A DNA stretch of 63,704 nt, filler included, from Mycoplasmatota bacterium (GTDB lineage: Bacteria; Bacillota_I; Bacilli_A; RF39; UBA660), in assembly GCA_012727915.1 (NCBI GenBank). It is 12 parts of 12 records of this genome, joined end to end, with 100 filler letters (N's around TTAATTAATTAA, not from the genome) between each part and the next. Parts side by side here need not be neighbours in the genome. Positions count along the whole stretch, not along the records: positions 37,462 to 45,152 come from JAAYGD010000027.1; positions 45,253 to 48,266 come from JAAYGD010000028.1; positions 48,367 to 51,137 come from JAAYGD010000003.1; positions 51,238 to 54,765 come from JAAYGD010000029.1; 8 more parts are not named here. The stretch is one strand, 5' to 3'. Of this stretch, positions 42,455-52,890 are shown one piece after another. The notes beneath the pieces were generated by a model that searched no databases, was not told where the DNA came from, and worked only from the letters and a program-made list of their open reading frames with translations. Numbering within the stretch: position 1 is the first letter of the stretch; every line of letters begins with the position of its first letter. Made by a program: the position numbers and the translations under genes.

Positions 42455-44586
42455 TTGGAGTACATAATGAATGATATTATTATTGAACAAATGAGAATTG
42501 CTTTGGGAATTTCAACAAATCAGATAGAAACTGTTTTGAAATTGTTAGAAGATGGAAACACTATACCTTTTATAGCAAGGTATAGAAAAGAAATGACTAG
42601 GAATTTGGATGAAGAGCAAATAAAAAGTATAAATGAGGTTTATGAATACCAAGTTAATTTGATGAATAAAAAAGAAAATATAATTAAGTTAATAGATGAA
42701 AAAGGTATGCTTACTGAAGAAATAAAACAAAATATTTTGAATTGTCAAAAATTAGTAGAAGTAGAAGATATATATAGGCCTTATAAAGAGAAGAAAAACA
42801 CTAAGGCTTCAGAAGCTATTAAAAAGGATTAGAACCTTTAGCAAAATATATAATGACTTTTCCTAAGGAAATAGGTAATTTAAATAATTATTTAAATGAA
42901 AACATTAAAAGTGAAATAGACGCTATTCAAGGTGCTAAAGATATTATTGCAGAATGGATTAGTGATAATTCTATATATAGAAAATGGATTAGAAGTTATA
43001 TTTATTCTAACGGTTTAATTTCTTCAAAAAAGAAAAAAGATTCAAAAGATGAGGAAAGAGTATATGAAATGTATTATGATTATAAGGAATCTTTGAAGAC
43101 AATAAAACCTCATCGAATATTAGCGGTTAATAGAGGAGAAAAAGAAAAAGTTTTAAATATAAAAATTGATGTTGAAGATGATAAAATATTAGAATATTTA
43201 TATAAAGAAAATATAAAAATTGAAGGTTTAATTTCTTCAAAATATGTAAAAGAAGCAATTGATGATGGATATAAAAGATTGATATTTCCTAGTATTGAAA
43301 GAGAAATAAGAAGTGAATTAACTGATGAAGCAAATGAACAAGCAATAAAAATATTTTCCAATAATTTAGAAAACTTATTGCTTCAACCACCAATGAAAGA
43401 AAAAGTTGTATTAGGATTAGATCCTGCTTTTAGAACTGGTTGTAAACTCGCAGTTATAGATAAAACCGGAAAATTTTTAGAAAAAAGTGTCATTTATCCA
43501 CATGAACCCATTAATGATATTGAAAAATCAACTGAAGAGTTAAATAGATTGGTAGATAAGTATAAAGTTGATATTATTTCTATAGGTAATGGTACTGCTT
43601 CTAGAGAATCAGAAAAATTTGTTTCAAATTATATTCAAGATCATAAAAAGGATACAAAATATATAATAGTAAATGAAGCTGGAGCTTCAGTATACTCTGC
43701 TAGTAAACTTGCAATAGATGAGTTTCCCAATTTACATGTTGAAGAAAGAAGCGCAATAAGTATAGCGAGAAGATTACAAGATCCTCTCTCTGAACTTGTT
43801 AAAGTAGAACCAAAAAGTATTGGTGTTGGTCAATATCAACACGATGTACCACAAAATAGATTAAATGATTCTTTAGATTTTGTTGTAAGTAAAGCTGTAA
43901 ATTTAGTGGGAGTTAATATTAATACTGCTAGCCAATCTTTGTTAAAATATGTATCAGGATTAAATAAAAAAAATATTGAAAATATTATAGAATATAGAAA
44001 TAAAAAAGGTAAAATAGAGTCTAGGAAAGAATTAGAAAGAATACTTAATGATAAGATATATCAACAATCTATTGGATTTATGAGAATAATGGATGGTACA
44101 AATCCTTTAGATAAAACAAGTATTCATCCTGAAAGTTACTCTATGGTAACAGAGTTATTAAGCAAATTAGAATTACAAAAAGAAGACTTGGGATCATCTA
44201 TTTTAAAAGAAAAACTAGATAAAATTAATAGAAATGAATATAAAATCGATGAATATACCTTTAATGATATTATTTCTTCTTTAAAACAACCATTAAGGGA
44301 TTTAAGAGATGATTTTAAAACACCAATATTAAAAAGTAATATTTTAACTATTCAAGATTTAACTTTAGGTATGAAACTACAAGGAACAGTTAGAAACGTT
44401 GTAGATTTTGGTTTATTTATAGATATTGGTTTAAAAAATGATGGTTTAGCGCACATTTCAAAATTAAGTAATAAATATATTAAACATCCAAGTGATTTAT
44501 TTAATGTTGGAGATATCGTTGATTGTTATGTAGATGAAATTTATTTGGATAAAAATAAAGTAAGTTTATCACTAATAGAAAAATAA
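42455..44586 (+). pseudogene. tex: Tex (YhgF) RNA-binding transcription accessory protein with a 1-nt frameshift near 42821-42825
   Basis: TIPFIARYRKE in ORF 42455-42832; GLDPAFRTGCK, IGNGTASRE, IGVGQYQHD and S1 in ORF 42853-44586; one extra A restores KKGLEPLAK. Confidence 0.85.
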
Positions 44587-44599
44587 TTTTTTTCTATTT

Positions 44600-44673
44600 G
44601 CCGGATTAGTTTAATGGTAAAACGAGTGAATCGTAATCATTTGATGCGAGTTCGATTCTTGCATCCGGCACCA
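44600..44673 (+). tRNA. tRNA-Thr(CGT)
   Basis: GCCGGAT...AGTGA-ATCGTAA-TCATT...TTCGATT...ATCCGGCACCA. Confidence 0.9.
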
Positions 44674-44852
44674 CTTAAATGAAGATATTAAAAAAAGTAT
44701 AATTTCATTTTTATTTAATACAATAATGTTATTATATTTGTGAAAGCTTTGGTTTCAAATCTTTTCACTTTAAAGATAATTAATTTTAATATTAGAAAAT
44801 ACACATATAAACAAAAAAATGATATAATTAAAATAATAATAAAGAGGTGTTT

Positions 44853-45152
44853 ATGAATAATGTAGAAGTAGATTTAAGTAAAATGTTAAGTTTAGAAAAC
44901 GAATTAATTGCCTTAAAAGACAAGTTTTTAAACAAGATAAATGAAATAAATGCAAATATAGATTCAATTGATAGTAATTGGGATGGAAAAAAATCAAATG
45001 AAACTTTAAAGAGTATAGAGGATATAAAAAAAGAATATAATGATTTGATATTAGTATTTCAAGAAAAAATAGATGCATTAACTAAAGCAAGAACAACTTA
45101 TGAAAATGAAACAAATAAAGGAGTTGAATCTACAGCAACAACAAGTCCGACG
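44853..45152 (+). CDS. WXG100-domain protein with C-terminal extension, 3'-truncated
   Basis: GAGGTG RBS; helix-SNWDG-helix of about 90 aa, then STATTSPT at the contig end. Confidence 0.8.
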
Positions 45153-45252
45153 NNNNNNNNNNNNNNNNNNNNNNNNNNNNNNNNNNNNNNNNNNNNTTAA
45201 TTAATTAANNNNNNNNNNNNNNNNNNNNNNNNNNNNNNNNNNNNNNNNNNNN

Positions 45253-45697
45253 AAAAGAAAAAGTAAATGTTTATTTATTTGGAACTGATACATGTCGTCA
45301 TTGTGCAGATGCTAAAGAATATTTTGGGGATTTAATAGAAACTCATGAAGAATATTTTAATTTTATATATTTAGAAGTATCCAAAAATCAAGATAACGCT
45401 TCATTAATGACAGATGTTTCTGATGAATTAAGTATAAATGTAACAGCAGTTCCATATATTGTAATAGGAAAATATTCTACAGTTGGATTTGAAGATTCCA
45501 AAAAAGAAGAATTAAAAAATAAAATTGAAGAATTATATGAATCTAATGATTATGAAGATATAGTAGATAAAATAATAAAAGATAAAAAATATGATGTTAC
45601 TTCTACTGATAGTAATAGTGGAATGGTAACAATGGTATTAATTTTGGTTGTTATTGTATCTTTATTTGTATTTTTTATTAAACCTAATAAAAAGTAA
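45253..45697 (+). CDS. Membrane-anchored thioredoxin/glutaredoxin-like protein, 5'-truncated
   Basis: Open from contig start: VYLFGTDTCRHCADA (CxxC), VPYIVIG, C-terminal TM. Confidence 0.85.
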
Positions 45698-45754
45698 ATA
45701 AAACAAGAAGAAATTCTTGTTTTTTTGTGATATAATTTTCAGTGGAGGATTTAA

Positions 45755-46465
45755 ATGTTAAAGATTAATAACTTATCTAAAATCTATGGAAACAATAATA
45801 AGAAGGCAGTAGATAATCTGTCTTTAGAAGTAAAACCTGGAGAAATATATGGATTTATTGGTCATAATGGAGCGGGTAAAACTACTACTATTAAATCTAT
45901 AGTAGGTATTATTGATTTTGATGGAGATATTATTATCGATGGATTATCACTTAAAGAAAATCCTATTGAATGTAAAAAGAAAATTGCATATATCCCAGAT
46001 AGCCCTGATATTTATGATGCTTTAACTGGAATCCAATATTTAAATTTTATTGGAGATATTTTTGAAATACCTCTTAAAGAAAGACAAGAATTGATAAACA
46101 AATATTCAGAAATATTTAAATTAAAAGATAATTTGGTAGATTTAATTTCTACTTATTCTCATGGTATGAAACAAAAATTAGTAATAATATCAGCATTAAT
46201 TCATAAACCCAAATTATTAATATTAGATGAACCTTTTGTTGGTTTGGATCCAAAAGCAGCATTTACATTAAAATCAATTATGAAAGATATGTGTAGTGAA
46301 GGAACATCAGTTTTCTTTTCATCACATGTATTAGAAGTAGTAGAAAAACTATGTGATAGAGTAGGAATAATTAAAGAAGGTAAATTAGTATTAGAAGGTA
46401 AAACATCTAAGATTATTGGTCATAAGAGTTTAGAGTCCTTATTCTTGGAGTTAAACAATGAATAA
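45755..46465 (+). CDS. ABC transporter ATP-binding protein
   Basis: GHNGAGKTT, YSHGMKQK, LDEP, SSH. Confidence 0.95.
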   Translation: MLKINNLSKIYGNNNKKAVDNLSLEVKPGEIYGFIGHNGAGKTTTIKSIVGIIDFDGDIIIDGLSLKENPIECKKKIAYIPDSPDIYDALTGIQYLNFIGDIFEIPLKERQELINKYSEIFKLKDNLVDLISTYSHGMKQKLVIISALIHKPKLLILDEPFVGLDPKAAFTLKSIMKDMCSEGTSVFFSSHVLEVVEKLCDRVGIIKEGKLVLEGKTSKIIGHKSLESLFLELNNE

Positions 46466-48050
46466 GTCATTACAAATATTAAAGGTAAGTTTATATAATA
46501 TTTTTGGTATTAATAAGTTTTTAAAGAAAAGTATAATCTTAAAAACAGGTATTATATTATTAATTTTCTATGGAATAATATCAATAATGTTTTCAATGGG
46601 TTTTTCTTCGTATATGCTTGCAGATAGTTTTGAAATAAATATGATGCCTTTATTTTTATCAATATTTATAAGTTTTGCTTCATTATTAGTATTTATTTCT
46701 ACTATGAGAACTTCTAAAAACAATTTATATGATTCAAAAGATAATGATTTACTATTATCATTACCATTAAAATTAAAAGAAATAATAACCGCTAAGATAT
46801 TAGATATTTATATAATTAGTTTTATATTATCATTAATTATTTTAATACCTACTTTTGTTGTATTTTGTATTAAAGTTCCGGTAAATATAACATTTATATT
46901 ATTATATATAATATCAATATTTATAATACCTATTATTCCAACTATAATTGGATCATTTTTTGGTTATTTAATAGCAAGATTTATTCCCAAATCTAATAAG
47001 AAAAATATTGTTGAAATAATATTATCTTTTTTCTTATTTTTTATAATAATGTTTTTTCAATTTAATATAAGTAATACGTTAAAAACCATAGTTTCAAATA
47101 GTAATATAATAGATAATATTATGAAATATATTTCTTATCCAACATACTTATTAAGAGAAGCTTTATTCAATAATAATATATTATATTTTATACTATATAT
47201 AGTAATTAATATTTCTTTAATATACATATTTATAATGATTATAAAGAGAAGCTATTTAAAATTGATATATAGATCAAATGAGAATTCTATTAATAAAAAT
47301 AGAAGTCATAAAGAATTAAAGTCATCTTCTATAACAAAAGCTTTAATAATAAAAGAAAAAAGAAAGTTTATATCTTCTCCTATATATTTAATTAACTCAT
47401 CATTTGGAATAGTGATGTTATTTGTAGCATCTTTAGCATCTCTATTCTATTCTAAAGAAGAAATATTAAAATTAATTGGATCTACAATTAATCTTTCGTC
47501 AGCTCATTTAATACTAGTATTTATATTATTTGTAGTAGGTATGACAAATATTACAGCATCTTCAATTTCTATTGAAGGATCTAAATTCTGGATATTAAAA
47601 AGTCTACCTGTTAAAGAAAAAGATATTATTTATTCCAAAATATTATTTTCAATTATGGTTGTGATACCAATATCAATACTATCTATAATTATATTATCAT
47701 TATCTTTTAATGTTAATTTTATAGATACTTTAATATTAATATTATTTGTATCTATATACGCAATAGTAATATCTAAATTTGGAATGATTATAAATTTAAG
47801 ATTTCCTAAAATGGACGCAATAAATGATCAAGTAGTTGTTAAACAAAGTTTAAGTTCTCTTATTACTATAATGGGTCCAATGTTATTATTTATTATATTA
47901 ATATCGGTATCTCAATTCATAGAAGGCTTTAATAATTTATCTTTTTCAACAATATCATTTTATTTAATAATATTTATGTTTATATCAAATTTAATACTAA
48001 ATAAATTATTAAATACATATGGAGTAAAAAGAATTAAATCTATAATATAA
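46458..48050 (+). CDS. ABC-2 type multi-TM permease
   Basis: DNDLLLSLP, SIEGSKFWILKSLP; overlaps the ATPase stop. Confidence 0.88.
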   Translation: MNKSLQILKVSLYNIFGINKFLKKSIILKTGIILLIFYGIISIMFSMGFSSYMLADSFEINMMPLFLSIFISFASLLVFISTMRTSKNNLYDSKDNDLLLSLPLKLKEIITAKILDIYIISFILSLIILIPTFVVFCIKVPVNITFILLYIISIFIIPIIPTIIGSFFGYLIARFIPKSNKKNIVEIILSFFLFFIIMFFQFNISNTLKTIVSNSNIIDNIMKYISYPTYLLREALFNNNILYFILYIVINISLIYIFIMIIKRSYLKLIYRSNENSINKNRSHKELKSSSITKALIIKEKRKFISSPIYLINSSFGIVMLFVASLASLFYSKEEILKLIGSTINLSSAHLILVFILFVVGMTNITASSISIEGSKFWILKSLPVKEKDIIYSKILFSIMVVIPISILSIIILSLSFNVNFIDTLILILFVSIYAIVISKFGMIINLRFPKMDAINDQVVVKQSLSSLITIMGPMLLFIILISVSQFIEGFNNLSFSTISFYLIIFMFISNLILNKLLNTYGVKRIKSII

Positions 48051-48094
48051 AATTATTGATTTAAGTTTTGAATTGTGCTATTATTATCTTGCGC

Positions 48095-48171
48095 CGGGAA
48101 ATAGCACAACTTGGTAGTGCACTACGCTTGGGACGTAGGGGTTGCAGGTTCAAATCCTGTTTTCCCGACCA
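48095..48171 (+). tRNA. tRNA-Pro(TGG), integration target
   Basis: CGGGAAA...CTACG-CTTGGGA-CGTAG...TTCAAATCCTGTTTTCCCGACCA. Confidence 0.96.
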
Positions 48172-48266
48172 GAGAAGAACAAACCCTTATTTTATAAGGG
48201 TTTTTTGATGCCTTAAAAAAACACCCCTTAATTACCCCTTAAAAACTTTTGCAATAAACAATAATA
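48155..48266 (+). mobile_element. tRNA-proximal end (att core plus arm-type repeats) of an integrated island
   Basis: Core TCCTGTTTTCCCGACCA repeated at 54109-54125; CACCCCTTAAT-TACCCCTTAAA at 48222-48243. Confidence 0.8.
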
Positions 48267-48395
48267 NNNNNNNNNNNNNNNNNNNNNNNNNNNNNNNNNN
48301 NNNNNNNNNNTTAATTAATTAANNNNNNNNNNNNNNNNNNNNNNNNNNNNNNNNNNNNNNNNNNNNAAGTAAAATAATATTAATGGAGGTATTTT

Positions 48396-48848
48396 GTGAA
48401 TAAATTTAAAATTAATAGACAAGTAAGTAAAAAAACATTTTTAATTATGATATTTTTTTCATTATTTCTATTACTATTGTTTAGTAGTTTCTCAATTTCA
48501 ACATTAATTAAAACTAAAAATTATGTTGCATTAAATTCAACTATTATTGATGTTGGATATAAGTTAGATACATCATCATCTTCAGAAGGAAGTCAATCTA
48601 TTAATTACATTATAGTAGAATATGAATATAAGAATATCAACTATTCAAGTCAACAAAGAGTATTTTTTCGATTTAACAAAAACATTGGTGACAATATAAA
48701 AATACATGTTAATCCCTTAAAACCAAATGAATTAAGAGATAATTATAATTTAATATTAAGCACATTTATAAGTATTATATTTTTTATAACTCACATCTTT
48801 ATGATTAAAGCTTATATCATTAAAAGTAAAAAGAATACTAATAAATAA
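48396..48848 (+). CDS. Two-TM membrane protein, DUF3592-like
   Basis: TM, VEYEY, IGDNIKIHVNPLKP, TM; GGAGG RBS. Confidence 0.65.
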   Translation: MNKFKINRQVSKKTFLIMIFFSLFLLLLFSSFSISTLIKTKNYVALNSTIIDVGYKLDTSSSSEGSQSINYIIVEYEYKNINYSSQQRVFFRFNKNIGDNIKIHVNPLKPNELRDNYNLILSTFISIIFFITHIFMIKAYIIKSKKNTNK

Positions 48849-48860
48849 ATATTTTAATAT

Positions 48861-49118
48861 TTATTTTTTTATCTTTTTTATTAGTAAATAAATAACAAAT
48901 AATATAAGGCCTATAACAAAAGACTCAATAAATAATCTTAAGTAATTAATGTCATATATAAACATATCACAACAACCTCTATCTTGAGTTAAGTATCCAT
49001 ATAAAGAAATATATCCATTAAGATGTACTCCTGTGATTCCTCCTGTAATAAATACTGGTATAAATAAAATGTTTTTTATTATAATTATTAAACACATTAT
49101 AGTTTTATATTTTCTCAT
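48861..49118 (-). CDS. Small membrane hypothetical protein
   Basis: AGGAG RBS, two hydrophobic segments. Confidence 0.55.
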   Translation of the reverse strand: MRKYKTIMCLIIIIKNILFIPVFITGGITGVHLNGYISLYGYLTQDRGCCDMFIYDINYLRLFIESFVIGLILFVIYLLIKKIKK

Positions 49119-49165
49119 TTTTAATCTCCTATATTAATTATACAATAAGAATTAAGAAGTAACTA

Positions 49166-49648
49166 TTAATACAATACTTTACAACCATATTCTTCTAATA
49201 ATTCATTGACATCCATTAAATTATAAATACCTTCTATAAAGCAAAATCTTATTATTAAATCAAAATAATTATTCTTAGGTAAGAAGTAAGAAGAACTACC
49301 TAAGAGTTTTTCTATTTCTTCTTCATTAAGTTCTAATGATAATCCAAGTAATATTATAGTTTCTTTACTAGGATGATAATTAGAATCAGATCTTATTTTA
49401 GAAAATAGTCTTCTATCTATATTTACTTTATTATATACATCACTATCTTTTAATCCTTTTTTATCTATATATTCAAATAATAACTTTTGAAATATATTTC
49501 CATATTTATTATCTTCAATATATGTATTAATAGTTTTATAAGAAGTTCTTATTGATGGATATTCATCAAGAGCTGCATCATTATAATCTAACCATCCTGC
49601 TTCTAGTAATAAATTAATTTCTATGTATTTTTTTAATTTTTCATTCAT
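49166..49648 (-). CDS. XRE-like HTH protein of the family usually found beside vWA or macro-domain genes
   Basis: FQKLLFEYIDKKG..DSDVY..NIDRRLFSKIR...YHPSK...LEL...D.IIRFC. Confidence 0.75.
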   Translation of the reverse strand: MNEKLKKYIEINLLLEAGWLDYNDAALDEYPSIRTSYKTINTYIEDNKYGNIFQKLLFEYIDKKGLKDSDVYNKVNIDRRLFSKIRSDSNYHPSKETIILLGLSLELNEEEIEKLLGSSSYFLPKNNYFDLIIRFCFIEGIYNLMDVNELLEEYGCKVLY

Positions 49649-49722
49649 ATTATTTGTCTCCTTTTAAGTGACCAAAATATTTCATAATAATGATAGCATT
49701 AAATTAGAAAGAAGGAAAGATT

Positions 49723-50331
49723 ATGAAGAATATTGAAATGGACATTGTATTTATACTTGATAGGAGTGGATCTATGAGTGGAATTGAATCTGATACTATA
49801 GGAGGTTATAATAGTTATATTAATAATCAAAAGGATAAGAATGTATTAGTAACTACTGTATTATTTGATGATCAGTATGAAATGATTAATAATAGAAAAC
49901 ATATATCAGAAGTAAATAAATTAACTAATAAAGAATACTATGTAAGAGGATCTACTGCATTATTAAATGCGATAGGTAACACTATTAAATTTATGGATAA
50001 AAGTATTAATAAGAAGGTTATATTTATTATTACTACAGATGGTTATGAAAATGCATCAAGAGAATATAATAAGGAACAAATTAAAGAATTAATTAAAGGA
50101 CATAGTAAGTGGGAATTTATATATGTAGGCGCTAATATTGATTCTTATGAAGAAGGAAGAAAATTAGGTATTAAAAATCAAAATATATCTAATTATAAGA
50201 AGGATAAAATAGGAGTAAGTAAATTATATGATTCAATTGAAAGAGCTAGTAATATGATGTATAATGAAAGTAGTATAAAGGATAACTGGAAAGATGAATT
50301 AGAAGATTATATAAAAGAGAATAAGGAGTAA
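49723..50331 (+). CDS. von Willebrand factor A (vWA) domain protein
   Basis: MIDAS motif DRSGSM, TALLNAIG, ITTDGYENAS, W.FIYVGAN. Confidence 0.92.
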   Translation: MKNIEMDIVFILDRSGSMSGIESDTIGGYNSYINNQKDKNVLVTTVLFDDQYEMINNRKHISEVNKLTNKEYYVRGSTALLNAIGNTIKFMDKSINKKVIFIITTDGYENASREYNKEQIKELIKGHSKWEFIYVGANIDSYEEGRKLGIKNQNISNYKKDKIGVSKLYDSIERASNMMYNESSIKDNWKDELEDYIKENKE

Positions 50332-50334
50332 AAT

Positions 50335-50718
50335 ATGAAAGAAGAAGATTATAAATAGTATTTAATTGGAGATAATGAAGATGACTATTTTAACACTTTA
50401 TTTAGAGTAGGTAATAATGAATATCAAAAATATACATATAATTATGGAAGAGAAGATTCTGGACATTGGGAAGATGATAATGATCTTAAAGATATATTTT
50501 TAAATAATAAATCAAATATAAAAAGTATTACTTATAAAGAAATGCAATCTAAACAAATGATAATTGATGATGATGCTTATGAAGAATTTCATACACATTC
50601 TTATGAAAAGGTAGATGAGAATGGAAATACTCATGTTGATTATATTTATTATGATTATAGAATTCAATATGACATTGATAAAGATGGTAATATAACTAAT
50701 GTAATTAAAAGTGAATAA
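50335..50718 (+). pseudogene. 128-codon acidic ORF interrupted by an in-frame TAG at codon 8
   Basis: AAGGAG RBS, MKEEDYK*YLIGDNEDDYFNTLFRVG...NVIKSE*; no other internal stop. Confidence 0.7.
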
Positions 50719-50744
50719 ATAATTGTGATATAATTTAGTTAGAG

Positions 50745-51137
50745 GTGAAATTAATGGAAGATAATATTTTTACATGGGTTCCAATTTATAACAAAATAGC
50801 AAATAAAGTATTGGAATTTAAAAACAATAGATCAGAATTATTAAGAATAATGTATGAAATACTTGAAGAGATTGGTAAATTTAGTGAAAGCGACGAGAAA
50901 AATTGCAACTTGGATAAAATTAATGGTGTTAGAGGTAAATACACTGATTTTGATCCTTTCTCATTTATGAATAGGCTTGATATTTATGCAAACGAAACTA
51001 GAAAAGAATTTATTAGAAAATTTCAAGAAAAAACCAATATGCCTATTGAAATACCTTCTGATTTTGCTGGTATTCCAAGTGTTAATCCACAAAATAGTTG
51101 TTTTTTATGTTTCACTGATGATAGAGAAGCAAACGAT
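50745..51137 (+). CDS. N-terminal part of a probable McrB-like AAA+ GTPase (type IV restriction), 3'-truncated
   Basis: FTWVPIY..IA.K...K.NR.EL, DFDPFSF, P.DF.GIP..N recall N-termini of McrB-family proteins; GTPase domain not in window. Confidence 0.6.
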
Positions 51138-51237
51138 NNNNNNNNNNNNNNNNNNNNNNNNNNNNNNNNNNNNNNNNNNNNTTAATTAATTAANNNNNNN
51201 NNNNNNNNNNNNNNNNNNNNNNNNNNNNNNNNNNNNN

Positions 51238-51517
51238 TGCAGGGTATAGTGAAATAGATATCAGTTGGGGATCAGGTAGAGAAGATAATAAATCTATAGT
51301 AGATTTAAAAAAAGAATTAGAAGATATTCAAGTATTAAATAATAATTTAGAATCATCTGTTTCAGTTTATAAGAATGAAACAAGAAAAATAAAATCAGAT
51401 ATAGAACATTTAATGAAGAAGATTGAAATAGAAAAAGATAAAATATATAGTGAAGTAATACTAGAAGAATTAAGTAAGATTGATAAAAAAATAGAATCAA
51501 TTTTAGAAGAAAATTAA
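51238..51517 (+). CDS. 3' end of a coiled-coil protein (not in the ORF track)
   Basis: Open frame AGYSEIDISWGSGREDNKSIVDLKKELEDIQ...IESILEEN*. Confidence 0.65.
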
Positions 51518-51606
51518 TTGAAATTGTGCTACAAAAAAGAAAAAGATAGTTAATAAAATTAAATATTTATAGCACAATCTAGTATAAAATAGTTAAATAA
51601 ATGTAC

Positions 51607-51697
51607 AGACAAAAGTCATACAAATAATAGAAATCATTTAAAAACAAGGAAAAAAATGTGTAGACAAAAGTAAGACAAAATAATGTTTGTCGCACCA
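51607..51697 (+). repeat. Two phased pairs of A(G/T)ACAAA repeats followed by CGCACCA
   Basis: AGACAAAAGTC-ATACAAA at 51607 and AGACAAAAGTA-AGACAAAA at 51662. Confidence 0.65.
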
Positions 51698-51897
51698 ATT
51701 ATAATTAAAGGAAACCATATGAAATAAGGCTAAAACTTGCTACTAGCAAGTTGTTGTAGTACACGCTTATCCTGTTCTAAAATAATGAAATGTATGTGCT
51801 AAAAATTTAGATAAATCGAAGCAAAAAGTTATCTAAAAAATTACTACAATTTGTGACCAAAAATGTTATAATAATAATAATAGGAAGGGGTGTAGTA

Positions 51898-52890
51898 ATG
51901 AAAAAGTACAAAATAGCGAGTCTGTTTTCGGGAATCGGCGGAATAGATTTAGGGTTTTTAAAAGCTGGCGCTGATTCAATTTGGGCAAATGAAATAGATC
52001 CATATTGTGCTGTTACATTTAATGCAAATCACCCTAATATTAATTTAGTTGTCGATGACATATGTAATATAAAAGGAAAAGATATACCCGCAATCGATAT
52101 ACTTACAGGAGGATTTCCTTGTCAACCTTTTTCAATAGCAGGTTATAGAAAAGGGTTTGAAGACGAAAGAGGAAATATGTTCTTTCAAATTATGAGAATA
52201 GTTAATGAATTAGAAGAAAATAATAATAAACCACGAATAATATTCTTAGAAAATGTAAAAAACTTAAAAACACATGACAAAGGTAATACTTTTGTAGTTA
52301 TTAAGAGAGTGCTAGAAGAACATGGCTATATTGTTGAAGAAAAGATAATGAATACAAGCGAGTACGGAAATTTACCTCAAAATAGAGAAAGAATATTTAT
52401 TTTAGGATTTTTGAATGCAAAAGATCAAAAAAACTTTGAATGGCCAAACAAAATAAATCTGACGACATCTATTGAAGATGTTGTTGACTGGAATGCAAAA
52501 GTCAAATCAAAATATATTTATGAAAATGATAAAAAGTGCTATCCATTATTAAAGGAAAATATTAATGAAACAAAAACAATATATCAATATAGGAGAGTCT
52601 ATGTTAGGGCAAATAAAAGCGGAGTATGTCCAACATTAACTGCAAATATGGGAATGGGAGGACACAACGTTCCTTTGATACTTAATAATGATGGAAAAAT
52701 AAGAAAGTTATTACCAATAGAATGTTTAAGGTTGCAAGGTTTTCCTAGAAATTTTATTGTTCCAAGCGAGTTAAGTGATTCAAGAATTTATAAGCAAGTA
52801 GGGAATGCAGTTTCTGTAAGTGTCATTAAAAGAGTTGCCGAAAAAATAATTGAAGCAATGAGGAAGACGGATAAAAATGCAGATTATTAA
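51898..52890 (+). CDS. DNA cytosine-C5 methyltransferase of a type II R-M system
   Basis: FSGIGG, GFPCQPFS, ENVKNL, QNRERIF, TRD CPTLTANMG.GGHNVP, GNAV. Confidence 0.96.
   Translation: MKKYKIASLFSGIGGIDLGFLKAGADSIWANEIDPYCAVTFNANHPNINLVVDDICNIKGKDIPAIDILTGGFPCQPFSIAGYRKGFEDERGNMFFQIMRIVNELEENNNKPRIIFLENVKNLKTHDKGNTFVVIKRVLEEHGYIVEEKIMNTSEYGNLPQNRERIFILGFLNAKDQKNFEWPNKINLTTSIEDVVDWNAKVKSKYIYENDKKCYPLLKENINETKTIYQYRRVYVRANKSGVCPTLTANMGMGGHNVPLILNNDGKIRKLLPIECLRLQGFPRNFIVPSELSDSRIYKQVGNAVSVSVIKRVAEKIIEAMRKTDKNADY

Noticed and set aside
44600..44673. A at position 32 and weak anticodon stem of tRNA-Thr(CGT) as a sign of a pseudo-tRNA
   Set aside because: Acceptor, D and T arms and CCA are intact; within normal variation for AT-rich genomes
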